DNA of 64,000 nt, taken from the NCBI RefSeq assembly GCF_910592395.1, contig NC_088308.1:62001-126000 (forward strand), given 5' to 3'. Source of the DNA: Lineus longissimus. Taxonomy: Eukaryota. The notes under the pieces were generated by a model. That model searched no databases. It saw only the letters and a program-made list of their open reading frames with translations, and had not been told where the DNA came from. This document shows positions 27,201 through 58,628 of the stretch, piece by piece. Within the stretch, counting starts at the first letter, position 1. Every line of letters begins with the position of its first letter. Both the position numbers and the translations under genes were made by a program.

Positions 27201-30200
27201 TGTAGCATCATTTTCATAATGAAGGACATTTCTGAATACACCCCAAAGGCAACCTTTATTCAGGATAAAAGATTTTGCAATGGGTTCCATTTCTTGTATC
27301 ATGCTTCCTTCCTTCTTTCAGTCATTTGCTTCTTGGCTCATCCTTTTGTCCTTCCTTTTGCCATTATAGTCTCCATTGATGTTGAAGAAACCAGTGCCAT
27401 GTGAAACAATCATTGGAAAGTTGGTGGAAGCTCCCAATTAAGTCATCACCCAGTTCAATTATGATCTCAGCATAGCATTGTTTATCTCTCAATTTATAAC
27501 TGAATATTATAATCTCAGGTAAACTTTGGGAACTTCCATTCAGCAGCATATAGAATAAGACATCCAAGGCTGAACAAAATATCCCACCCACACCAAAAAC
27601 GGGAGGTTTTCTGCAGTGTTTTATGTTATGATTTTATTCAGCCTTGCAAGAGTGCTGGGAGGTGCAAGAAATAAGCCTAACCCCATCCTGGTATCGGTAG
27701 CCACAGCCCAGCGTGCGAAGTGGGTGTGGTGAAGGGAAGAGCATTGTCCCCGTGATGACAAGAAGCAAGGACAATAAAAATACATTCATACAAATGAAAA
27801 TCATACAAATAATAAACTACAGAGCAGGTAAGACAGTGTAATATATCACAATACAAGACAAAACAACACATAAAGAGCAGTTAATACATGAACAACACAA
27901 AGTCACACAACCAGCACAACTCAAAGAGACAAACAGCAATAGGTACAGGTGCAATAATGCTCTCCCTTCAAAGTAAACCTAGGTGTAAATGGGTTGGGAT
28001 ACAAGGAAGGGTAATGAACATCTCTCACCCAATTCGATTTTTGCACATTCTGTTTTTTGAGGCAGATAAACAGAAACTAAGCTGTTATCTTGTTTTTAAG
28101 CTCTAAAAGCTCAAGCTTTTTTAGTTTCTTCCACAAATCAATTTCACATTATTTTTTAATATACTGATTTCAGTACCCTTATATAACAAAATAAACAAAA
28201 GGGATATTTCACCCTCTGAAACTTAGAGAAAAAACATAATTTTGACAGCAATGATGAAATGCCCCATAAAAACAAATCTTTTACTTTACCTCAATCCACT
28301 CCATTTCGACTAATGTGAGGCTTCTTTGCGAAATCATGCAGCATATATATCTGAATCACAATCCTTGTCCAACGCTCATCTAGTAAAAGATATGATAGAG
28401 ATTAACTTGCCTTGTTGGATCAGAACCTGATGATACATGGGAGGAACACAATGAGCATTTACTGAACATGTGGCCCAAAATTTGGCTGTGAAGATGAAGT
28501 TGAAGACAATGTCACATCCATCTGTGAAAATGACATCTTAAAATGAAGTTGAAGTCAGTTCACTTTCACAAAGTGATGGTCCATGAATCAAGCTTAAAGC
28601 AACGACACATGGCTCAGACAGGAGAATCACCAGATTTGACATTGACCGTAAAAGAATAGAATATAGACAGCTATTGAAATTCAGGCAACCCTTACCTTGT
28701 GAATCTTATCAATTTATCTTGGGACATAGTCACATTCAATCAGGTCAGGTTGGGAAGTTGGAACATAATCACAACTAGGACAAAGTCACATTCAGGTTGC
28801 AAACAGCTGGTCTCTGCACAGGACAAAGTCACAATCTCAGACTCGGTGATGAAGACTGTAGGCCTCCATGCGGAGTGCAGTTGAAATCCTTAATTCCATG
28901 TATTCCATGAGATTTGATTTCAATCAACACAGAATAAAGGACACACAGGGGAAAATGTGGGGAAAGGGAGCATGACTCGGTTTTCATTCCCAGCCACAGA
29001 CCAAATGTGAGCAGGCCTAATTGTGGCAAGACAGGTATTTTTCAACTGACCTGTATCCACAATGCTAACTGCTGGGATCCACTGTATCTGAGATAATTGG
29101 CAAGATCAAACACTTCTTCTTGAACTTCAGCCAAAATATTTTATAATTTTGATGAATGGAAGAACTGATTATGATGGATTTTCTTGGTGAGATTCATCCC
29201 TGAAACGCTCACACCACGAGGGTTCAAACAGCATCTCCACACTTTACTAGGGGGCCAAAGCATGAGGGGTTGCAAGGGGCTTTTGATTATTCTGTGCTCA
29301 CATGTTCAGAAATGTCCTACCCCAGTTTTTATTTCATTTCTGTGTAGGCCTACAGGATTTCCAATTCTAGAGCATGAGAGGGGCTGTAACACTCGTTCCA
29401 TCTGTATCCCATCACGCACTCACTGCCCAATTGCCCCCTCTGAGAGGCTCTTTCAAACGATATGTCCGCTTCAACCAGACGTGGCATCAACATAGTGCAT
29501 TCCAGTGCATTGAAACAATGTATTCGCATACATGAATAGAAACAGTGAATCGAAGCGACTCTTCATTTTCACTTACCTTGGCTTTCAACAGATATTGAAG
29601 ATGACACTGCAAGCTGGTTACTCAATATACGATGAGGAAATGTCTCCAAATTTGGAAAATTAGCAGAGATTTTAGCTTTTGGTCGGCAATATTTGCAATT
29701 TTTAGAGGGAAACTGTCATAACATTGACCGGGAACATTGCATCGCATGTGCGATGTTACCGTTGCCGATGTTTGAAACTAATCTTAAAAACCATCGTCCC
29801 TCAAATCTCAAAATTTTCAAAATCTTTCACAAAATCCTATTAAATGAAATTTAATTCCTGGATTTTCACATGATTTATGAAAGACGTGCCAAACGGAAAA
29901 ATAATTATTTCGGGACCGGTTTCGGGAGCCGAGCCGAGGAATGTCGGCATGATGCCATGGAAGTTGTCATATCTCAAAAGAAAAAAAAGATTTTTTTCTT
30001 CCAAAGATGAATCACCGAATGGCAACTCTGATAAATATATTTCATATAATTTAACCGGACTAATTATATCCCCCCCCCCCGCCGCCCCTTCGATATGATG
30101 TACTGGACTTCGATGCGGTAAGCATAACGCCCTCTGCACGCCCTTCCCAAACGCCGAAACGTGACGGGCAGGCCTAAAGCCTCAATGAAGGGAAGGTGGA

Positions 30201-32122
30201 CGTATCACACATGCTGATTCGTCGGACCGAGTTAATTGCTTTATAAGCGATACGTTGATTGGTACGCGGCATCTGACATCAATCGATCACACGCTCGATC
30301 TGCCACACGCGAACGGTCGTGGTTGGTCAAGCCGAGATAATTGCTTAACAGGTGTATTGATTGGTGCATTGATTGGTGCTGATGATGATCAGGAGGGCAG
30401 CGCCTAAGTGGCTGGCGAGGACATTATACACTCCGGAGGCAGCGTTCCTCACCATGATGAGCCCAAATTAGGATGACGCTATGGGTCGAGCAACGTCAAA
30501 GCTCGGCCCCATTATGTGTGAATTTGATTGATGACCATTTAAGAAATGATTTGCATGTATAATCATGTGGTTGAATATATAAATTTTTCATTTTCATTCT
30601 CTCACCCAACCTACAGGCGAGGATGACAAGAAGACAAGAAAAGCTATGGTTGCAGATATCTGCAACAAGGACGAACGGTCATTCCGAGCTGAGGTGCTGG
30701 CCATGGACAGGACAGCTATGCGGTATCCTGCTCAGGTTGTCCAGAAGGACATGTGCAAGTGGACATACAGTAAGTAGCATATGTGGAGCTTTTCAAATCT
30801 CCTCCAGGCTTATGACAGTCTTCGACTTGGGTGTGACAGCCAATCTCCCCCATGGTTGTGCCAGTATTAAGATCAGGTATGTCAGCCGATCTCCCCCAGT
30901 CCAGGGTTGTGACAGTCTTCAGATGGGTGTGACAGCCAATCTCATCTGTGGTTGTGACAGTCTTCGGAAAGGGTGTGACAGCCAATCTCCTCCAGGGTTG
31001 TGACAGTCTTCAGATGGGTGTGACAGCCAATCTCATCTGTGGTTGTGGCAGTCTTTAGATAGGGTGTGACAGCCAATCTCAACTGGGGTTGTGACAGTCT
31101 CAAGATAGGGTATGACAGCCAAACCCCCTCCCAGGGTTGTGACAGTCTTCGGAGAGGGTATGACCACCAATCTCCAAGTGAAATACAAAAAATGTGATTG
31201 TCTCCCAATATGATGTGTCCCATGACAATCATAATCAGTTGATAGTAGAATGGGAAAGGTGCTAGATGTCCATGCCCTATATATGTAGTGCCAGTAGCTG
31301 GAGGGAATGATGCTTTGGGACTTGAGACACTAAGGAAGAAAAGAAGGCATTTTTGTTGTTGAAAGTTACAACCACATTTTGACATCAATTGCAGATCTTA
31401 CTGAAGACGAGAGGCGATTTCTGGTGGATATGTCTGAGAAGAGCTATGAAGGCCAAGTAGCTGGACCAGAGATGTTCAACTATGGACCGTTTTGTTCACT
31501 GGTCATCCCAGAAGAAACACCAACAGGTGAGTGCAACATACATTTCATCCTCAAGAGCCTCCTTAATGGGCCGTTCTGAGTGCACACGCAATGAAGACAT
31601 GGATGTGTCAGCTCTGGACTCTGGTCTGCTCATGTGATAAAGGATGTCTCTCTGTGACAGCATAGGCTTCCTCCTATACTACAGATCACACACATATTGT
31701 CTCAATAATCAATAATGAGCAAAGTTAGCTCATGCCCCAAAGAAACTAGCTTATTTGGTCATCAAAAGTGACGTTTTGTGAAAGTGTCTGATATCCTGAT
31801 CCTTTTTCCAGGAGCAATAGCTGATCTTGATGGGGATGGCTTAATGGACCTCACCCTCTTGTTCCTCTACCGTGGATTCAAACATGACGATCTCGGCAGA
31901 TTCGTGAGTGTCAAATACTCCATCGAATTAATGAAGGTTAATCTCGAGTATGACTTTTTGCTTTATCCCCAAGTGTACATGGATGGCAAAGTTGGCAAGC
32001 AGGGCACAACACATGTGAATGAGACAGATGTTCCCATGCGGCAAGTCAAGTTCTTACCCTACGAGAAACAACCTTGGACATCGTATCTGGGGAAAAGGGG
32101 AAATGGTGTTTACAATCCATAA
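18206..32122 (+). CDS. FAM234-like (ITFG3-like) type II membrane protein with FG-GAP beta-propeller repeats (~1230 aa, 14 exons)
   Basis: Exons 18206-18236 (least certain), 18703-19836, 20600-20737, 21112-21300, 21637-21788, 22006-22180, 22447-22564, 23404-23577, 23812-23905, 24274-24468, 24607-25303, 30617-30769, 31395-31526, 31812-32122 join in frame (3693 nt). One N-terminal TM helix; repeated D-x-D/N-x-D-G motifs (DVDGDGLDD, DINQDGTMD, DFNGDGVSE, DLDGDGLMD); also LFGSGGET and GVMVPP. Confidence 0.8.
19990..20480. repeat. 14-bp minisatellite (gcacagccagtagg) ~35 copies in intron 2 of the FAM234-like gene
   Basis: Directly visible near-perfect array. Confidence 0.95.
22600..23210. repeat. 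Intronic repeat element with ~138-bp internal tandem units, bounded by direct repeats ctgctaacccttaccctaac
   Basis: gctcaaaatgaac... recurs at ~22691, 22829, 22967, 23106; boundary motif at ~22623 and ~23176. Confidence 0.75.
30810..31175. repeat. Degenerate ~40-bp tandem repeat (gggttgtgacagtcttc...gtgtgacagccaatctc)
   Basis: Multiple imperfect copies in intron 12 of the FAM234-like gene. Confidence 0.8.
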
Positions 32123-32402
32123 TAGTATGGAGGTGTCCGACCTCTTGGTCCGAGTCCGTAACATTCCTGGTTTCCTGCTTTCCAAAGGGCACAGGCTTTG
32201 TGGCCGGTTACAATTGTAACAATTAATCCAACACCTGAGAAAATCACAAGGTTTCCTGCGTTTGCCAGCCATTCTTGCTGAACTAGAAAACAAGTTTTAA
32301 GTCTAATGTTTTCTTTATCAGAACTAATCAACTTTTGAAATGCGGGTGCCCAGATTTCAATGTTTAGGGCTCTGAACACCACTAAACTGGTGAAATCTTG
32401 TA

Positions 32403-32452
32403 AATAAAGTAAATGAATAGATCTGTAATTTACAACAATTGTTCCCTTTATT
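32403..32452. promoter_or_regulatory. Opposed polyadenylation signals of the FAM234-like gene (+) and NOL11 (-)
   Basis: AATAAA on + at 32403-32408 and on - at 32447-32452, between the stop codons at 32122 and 32737. Confidence 0.45.
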
Positions 32453-32736
32453 TCATTATTCACAATATCTTGTCAGTTCTCAGACTACATTTTCTAGTTC
32501 ATCTGACAGTAACAGAGGGTCAGATACATTCAACTGTCTTTTGTCATTTTTGAGCCGCGATGGTCTTTTTCTACATTCAAGGTTCACACTGTGCATTCTG
32601 CGAAAAACTTTGTGAACAAAGCCATAACACACAACTGCTCTGTGCCACTACACAGCAGAATTGAAGCCTTTTAAGTTTTTAATCTTGCTCAAACGAAGAG
32701 TCAATTCATTACTCCTGAACATTTCCATCCAACGTT

Positions 32737-35700
32737 TTATAAAACATGAAGCACTTCAATGCTGTACATGCCGACTCCCTTCTTCTGGGGTATATCACAC
32801 TGCTCTTTCAGCTGTGACAGCAAGGCGTCCAGGCTGACCAGCTCATCATGGAGGCTCACCTATAACACGAAAAAGCCAAATCAAATACTGAACACTAACA
32901 CAAGAAAAGGCAAAGGCCAAACATTTCAAGTATGATTTGTGAGCCAACAACTCCCAGAGTGTTAATCTTTACAACATACTTCTCTTATAATTCATATCAT
33001 TCTTCTGTCACTGTGTCAAAGATCTCATGACACTCACTCAGGAACAACTGTGGGGTGCATATAGGATATGCTGGTCTGTAACAATTCTTGAGTATTCATG
33101 CACTACCAACACAAAAAGGTGCAATCAAGTTTTAGTTGAGAATCATCAAAAATGGTTGAACTTTTACAAGTACCTGAGCACTGACTGTTTCATGCATCTT
33201 GACAAGTGTTGTATGGGCGTCAGCTGACAAGACAAGTTGAGTGAAGTGTGCGTCCAAGAGGAGATTAATCCAGTCAACAACCTTTAAACGGCAAAACAAG
33301 TTTGAAAAGGACAGACATGTACCGTCACGTGACCTTAGGATCCCAATCCGCAGAGGACTTGGATGTCATACAAGGGTATCACAGTCAGCTAAGTCAAAAA
33401 GATGAGGTCCATATGTCATTTGCCTCCAGCATCCAATATAACATCATAGAGAATTTGGTCAAGCAAGATGTCATGATAGGCAATTCTTGCTTGAACCCGT
33501 CAACAGCTGGTCAAGGTAAACTGAGTGATGAAGGTTTTCCAAAGATTTTCAATGAGACAGAAGCACAGAGTAAATGGTCATCAGCAGATTACAGAATTCG
33601 ATAGAACAAGACTCACCTGAAATCTCGAGAGATGTAATTCTGATTCATTCTTGAACAATTTTGAACCGCTGAGTAGAATGTAAAGGTACCTCAATAACAT
33701 CTGAAATAATCATTATATGACAGATTACAACTAAGGTCACAAACAGTGTCGAGCGAAAATCTAATACTCAAGTTATCTGAAAGCTTTTCATTGATGCGTT
33801 TCTTTGTGAAGTTATATAGAGATGACCTTTCCATCTCTTAGTGATTATCTAAGTACTTGTATGACAGCACTGATCACTGTGCCTAAACAAGCGGTGCCAA
33901 CTTGGCCCAGTGACCTTGATAACCTACCAAAACATACTGGAAGTCCATTTTTCTGAGATATTCCACCAAAAACACATCGCTGTAGGGTTGTGATAAAACC
34001 TTGTCACTGTATCAGCATTAAGGTTTCTAACAGAACTTTGTACGAACACTGGACACAAAAGCTCCTGGACAAGTTGATTCTCAGGAGATATGATTCTGTA
34101 CTCACCTGTACTGACATCATGGTGAGGAAAGTAAGAAATGGCATGATACTGACTATAGATCGACTGTGTGTGGTGAAGAGGACTTGGGAAAAATTCTACT
34201 TATATAAAAAAAGGACTGATTTCAAAGGATACATCTTAGCCACCAGATCTGGGTCTTCCAGCCCGCTGTCTTTCACCTCAGATTTGTCATCTCGGTTCAA
34301 CCTGCAAGAACAATGAAACTATTGACCTGTTGATAAAATGTTACAGCAGACATTCGTGGATTTCAGAAAGCTCAAAATTGGTTACTCCTACCTCAAGTAA
34401 CATTCGAGAGCCTTGACGAGGAGAGATTCTGGCAGGTCGTGGATGTTCTCTATCACAGTGTGAACAACACTGGCATTGGCACGTTTGATGATGGCAGTAC
34501 ATATCTCATCTATCATGCTGTAACATGAACACAACAGATCAGAAATTAAGAAGAGGAACACACCAGACTTGAACAACAGAATGTCAGGTGTATGAGGTTG
34601 ATTCCCTGACTTGGGTTTACAACAAAGCAGCTTCACTGAGTAACCCACTGGAAACCCTCCCCACAGAATGACTCAAGCCCTGGTTTATATCTGCCCAGCA
34701 GAACCTGCATGGCTTTGCTTACACTCACCTTGATGGCACAAGTTTACACTCAACCAGCTCAATAATCTGCTTCGACGGCCAAAGATCTTTCCCTTGAATG
34801 CAATACTGCCAAATCTCAACTGCACTGTTCATCACTTCCATGCTGTGGGTGGCATCGTCTTTTGAGATTTTCGTTAAAAATCTCTTCAAAGCATTAGTAA
34901 ACTTCTTTGAATTGTTGGCCTGAAATCAACATATTGTAACTGTGAGAGCTGGATTGAGAAATTTCACTTGTAAGAAATAAGTTCTACCAGTAGATGTTTT
35001 CTATACTTCATTGGCAATTTTGAGATTACACAATATTAAGTTCCTGAGAAGGACCAGCATCCTATCCAGGGGGAGTGATACTCCAAGCCACTCAATGATA
35101 AGCTCCAGTCCGGTCGTGGCTCATGCAATAGCCCCTAAATCTGCCTTCCATGATAAGGCATAGACCTTTGTGAAACTCATGTTACTTTTCTACAGAACAA
35201 ATGAAACCAATCATAATGATTGTCCTCACATACCTTTGAAGCATTTTTCAGATCTATCATAATTTGTGAGATCTCGCTGGAACCAGACGAACCTACCTGA
35301 AACAAGACTCAACAACTACATAACCTGAAATGCTACTGAATTATATGTGTGTTCTCAACACAGGAAAAAACAGACCTTGTTGATAACCATCTAATATTCT
35401 CACAGTCATAACATTTTATACCCTCCTCCACCTCACATTGTAAATGTGCCACTGCTACAGTGCTCACATGGGACAACAAAAGACTCAACACTTTTCAGAT
35501 TGGCAGAAACTCAGACAGTGACAGCGCTGCCAAACAGTATTCATACGGCTTACCTCTGTTTCTAAGTTCCAACTTGACAGTGCTGGTTGCTGTGAGCTCA
35601 CCTCTAGGGTCTTATTCACCGAGTCTGTGAAGCTTCCCAGAGCAGCCGAGAGTGTTGATGGAGTGATCTCCAAGTGGTACTGATAAACAGACTTCCCACA

Positions 35701-38077
35701 GGGCATCAGCAGTGAATTCTTATGTTTATATAGCTAGAAATAAGAAGCAGAAATGCACAGTGGTCAAATTAAATGTCAACGAGGCCACCAATAATGAAAA
35801 GTACACACAACCACTGGATCAACCTCTTACACGAATCAAAATGAGTAACAAACGAGTAAAGATGAAAATATCAATGATTTGTTTTACGTCACAAACTTGC
35901 ACCATTTCAATCAGGTATGACATTGGAAACTTGAACCCATTAGATCAAATATGACAAGTATGACAGAGCCCCCCCCCCCAACCAGGATTCTCTATTCACG
36001 CCTCTGGTTCACCTTATGTGTTTGACAGTCTTCAGGGTAGCCTTTCCATGCCAATAATGTGCCATATTTAGTGTCCCATATCCCAATGCCTTTTTCAGCG
36101 TCCTTCGAATGATAGGCAGACAGGGCTATATGGGTCGAGTCTATCCCTATCATAGAAGTGTTGTTGGTGATGTTTGGGATATGTTGAAGTATCCTAGCCT
36201 GGTCTATGTTGTCAGTTATGGGAAGTGACTGGAGACAACCATCAGACCCTGCAAGTAGAAGACAAAAGAGATAATACCAAGTTAGTTACACCTGTTAAAT
36301 TCATCAACATTTTTACAGAACTTTTCCTGAAGCAAAATGCACTTAAATGTTTTTTCAAGGGCAGACTATAATGACTAAAATCTACTTGGGCAGGGTCTCC
36401 TCCCTTTTGTGCCAATCCCAACACTGAAAGTGGTGAGATCTTACATAGAAATAATAAGTTTGTTCTCTTCTCCAGACATTGTTCACATGTCGCCAACAGA
36501 ATGTGGCCACTTCTTTCTAAGGTCACTGTCCTCTCCTCCGTATATGTTTCTCCAACTTTGCGATTAACCACAACTTCGACTGTTGAATCCTGGAACGAAA
36601 GGAGACAAATAGTTAATGTTTCAACGCTGACAAGAGTATACATGCCTTAACAAGGCCTTTCATTAGTGAACATCTACCCACTACTCATCATAGATGACAG
36701 GTTAAGCACACTTTTTTTTCATCATACACTGGTACTGACCACTTACTCTTCAGACGGGGTATAGACTTACCACTTTTTTATGAACGGTGCTAACATAAGC
36801 ATATTTTCCTGCCGTTGTCAAGGCACAGTAGACGAGTCCATCACGAGGTGTTGTGCTCAGTTGCTCAACATCACCTAACGAAGACACAGATCCATTTTGA
36901 TACACAACAGCCACATCTTGACCTTTGTTGGACAGGATGCGATGAACTGGAGAAGATGCCTGAAGAAAAAAGCAATAATATGAGCAATATCACATGACAT
37001 TGGTTCCCTTGAAAGACTCTTGGATGTCAACTCTTTCAGCTCAACATGTGAATCTGTAACAGAACGAATCATTTCATTGCCAGACCAAACGGGTACTTTT
37101 TGCCCAAGATCTACAACAATCCAACAGATGTCGTGTTGAGAGTTCTTTGGGAGACAGCAGTCAATAATGCTGATCACATGAGACCAACATCACCATGTTC
37201 AGGTGCGTAGGTCATGAGCAACAGGGCTTTAGGGATCAGAAAAAAATCCAAAATGGCATCAAGATTCGGCATTTTATGTCATTGTCAATATTTGGATAAA
37301 CCCAACTACTTACATGAAACTTTTTACATTTTTCTAATGTCGTATCCTTGGAGAACACCCTGATCGACTTGTCATTCTGAACCGTGACATATTCTGATGT
37401 TGAGGGTCCCAGGACTGCAGGACAGGTTACACTGCTTCCATGCTTTATTGACCAATTATGAACAATCTTCTTGTCTGCAGACTGAAGCACAAGGAAGGAG
37501 AAACAAGAATGAACTAAGATGAGCGGTCATCCTAAACAGCGCCCACCAGGTTTAAAGTCAGGTATAAAGTCATCAAAATAAAATTTAGTAGCCATAAACG
37601 AAATAAGAAATAAGTAGGCTGCACAATAAAACACACTTCATCATTCATGAGATTTCAAGACATTTGGCTGCAAGATAAGGGATATACCGTCTAAAATCAC
37701 AAGGCTCCTGTTGTATTCAGACCTCTCATTTCCTCCAAGTCAAATCCAACATGACCGCCGACTGACTGGGTGGTGGACGCTGGTACATTTTAGACATGTT
37801 AGACAACAACTCGCTAATCCAGCACACATGTCCGCAGTGCACGAAATGTACAGTCGCAATGTACATAGCGTACCACGTCGGGCACGTGTGAAAAACTCAT
37901 GAAGATTGTAAGACGACAGACAAATGGCATTGCAAAGCTTACATTGACTAACAAAACACTTCTTGTTCTACACGAAATTATGACATAATCATCATCATAA
38001 GCAGTTTCAATCCCCACTAAATCGGTCACTTTTGAAGAAAATTGGCAAAAATTCACACTTCCGCTGATCGCTGCCAT
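32737..38077 (-). CDS. NOL11: Nucleolar protein 11 (14 exons)
   Basis: Exons 38077-37943, 37481-37314, 36959-36771, 36589-36445, 36248-36013, 35733-35554, 35296-35234, 34919-34729, 34517-34392, 34301-34233, 34006-33928, 33700-33617, 33281-33174, 32859-32737. Recognisable NOL11 segments: WSIKHGSSVTCPAV..EYVTVQNDKSIR, DLPESLLV, PYSDVFL, VVDWINLLLDAHF, C-terminal GMYSIEVL. Confidence 0.88.
34007..34232 (-). other. U12-type (minor spliceosome) GT-AG intron in NOL11
   Basis: Minus-strand 5' site GTATCCTTT; branch CCTTAAT (plus 34017-34023) about 12 nt before the AG, no polypyrimidine tract; removal keeps the NOL11 frame (AKI-DKVLSQPYSDVFL). Confidence 0.85.
37525..37820 (+). mobile_element. Partial copy of the TIR element at 3211-3663, in NOL11 intron 1
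   Basis: Shared, collinear blocks ggtcatcctaaacagcg, accaggtttaaagtca, gctcctgttgtat, agtcaaatccaacatg, gggtggtggacgctggta. Confidence 0.75.
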
Positions 38078-38391
38078 GCCTGCACCGCAACCAGTCCATT
38101 GGATAATAACTGTTTATTTATTATTGCGCAATCAAAAATGGTAATAAAAATTACTTTTGGAGGATTAAATGATATTATTATTGTGAACAAGTAGTAAATT
38201 AACGTATGTTCTAGTTCAAACTTATTTATAATTAAAATAAGTAGTATTATCCAATGGTTACAGGTCCTTGATTCGCGTCCGATTGATTCATAACCTTGAA
38301 CTACGTTTGCCAAATTTTAAGAAAATGCGTCGATTTTTTAAACGATTTATGGCAATAATTCACTTATTCTGAAAAAATTAACTTCAGTTAA
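38078..38391. promoter_or_regulatory. Probable bidirectional promoter between NOL11 and SMG1
   Basis: Divergent predicted start codons only 314 bp apart; AT-rich spacer with several CCAAT/ATTGG motifs. Confidence 0.6.
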
Positions 38392-57563
<19,172 letters not shown>

Positions 57564-58628
57564 TAGATAGCATGTTTCAGGTACCAGTTAACTATTGTCA
57601 ATGCAAGTTTTATGCCTTCAATACTAAACATTAGACTCGCCAAAGAGTCTACATGGATCCATCGACTGCGCACCATGTCACCGCTCGGTCTCAACATCAA
57701 GGACAACACGTCCTGGTAATAGGAAACCTACACTTGCTAGCGTATCTACTAGTACCAGTCAGATTGGTCTTTTTTTAATCAAATTTTCTTTTGCAAATTC
57801 ATCTATTAGTCTTTGTGGGATTTGAAAACAAAAAATTTCGAGAAAAATTGTGGGGGTCTTAATCAATTCCTAAAAGAAGGTGGTGAAAAAAAATTTGAAT
57901 CTCGAAAAATTGTGAGGCGAGAAAAAATTTAAATTTTTTTTCAAAAATAAAATTTGTGGGGTCTGAAAAACAAATTTTTTTTTTCAAGAAAATAATTTCA
58001 AAAATTCAAAAAAACTTCAAAATTTCAAATAAATTTTTTTGGAAATTTTGAAATTATTTTCTTGAAATTTGATACGAAATCCAGAATAAAGGAGTTTTTG
58101 GCAAATTTTGAGATGTCGCTTAAAAAATAGATATTTTTTGTCTGTTGGACGTCCTTTGGATGGGCCAGCTACAGTGCAGGTCCAAAAGAGGTAAAAAAGA
58201 ACTTGTCAGAAAGAACCACGAAGTGTCAGTCAGATAGGAGGACAGGATTGTACCATAGAACTGACGATTTGAGTGATGTGTCTTGTGGTGTCATCTATAG
58301 CTTGATGCAGGGCACTCTCATTGTCCAAGGGGACAAACCCATAAAAACCTATTGATGTGACCATTCACTGGAAAGGTGACACTGCTCACTCTTAGTTGGT
58401 GTCTATTATGTTGTGATTGTAACAAATAATACAACATTCTCATAAATCTAGCCCAAGTCATGAAATATTCAGGCAAAATAGTTCACTTGATGCATTATAA
58501 TTTGCCTTACAATGTTCATTGAAGACAGCTAATTAATTTAGCAGCTGATTCCCTGAATGACTCCAATTAAGATGCATGTGTGAGAACCCAACAGAATTCA
58601 CGCTACAAGCATATCACCAGTATTCATT

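Noticed and set aside
37558..37645. C/D-box snoRNA-like motifs (ATGATGA...TGATGA...CTGA) in NOL11 intron 1
   Set aside because: Lies inside a transposon-derived repeat; no terminal stem or recognisable rRNA guide.
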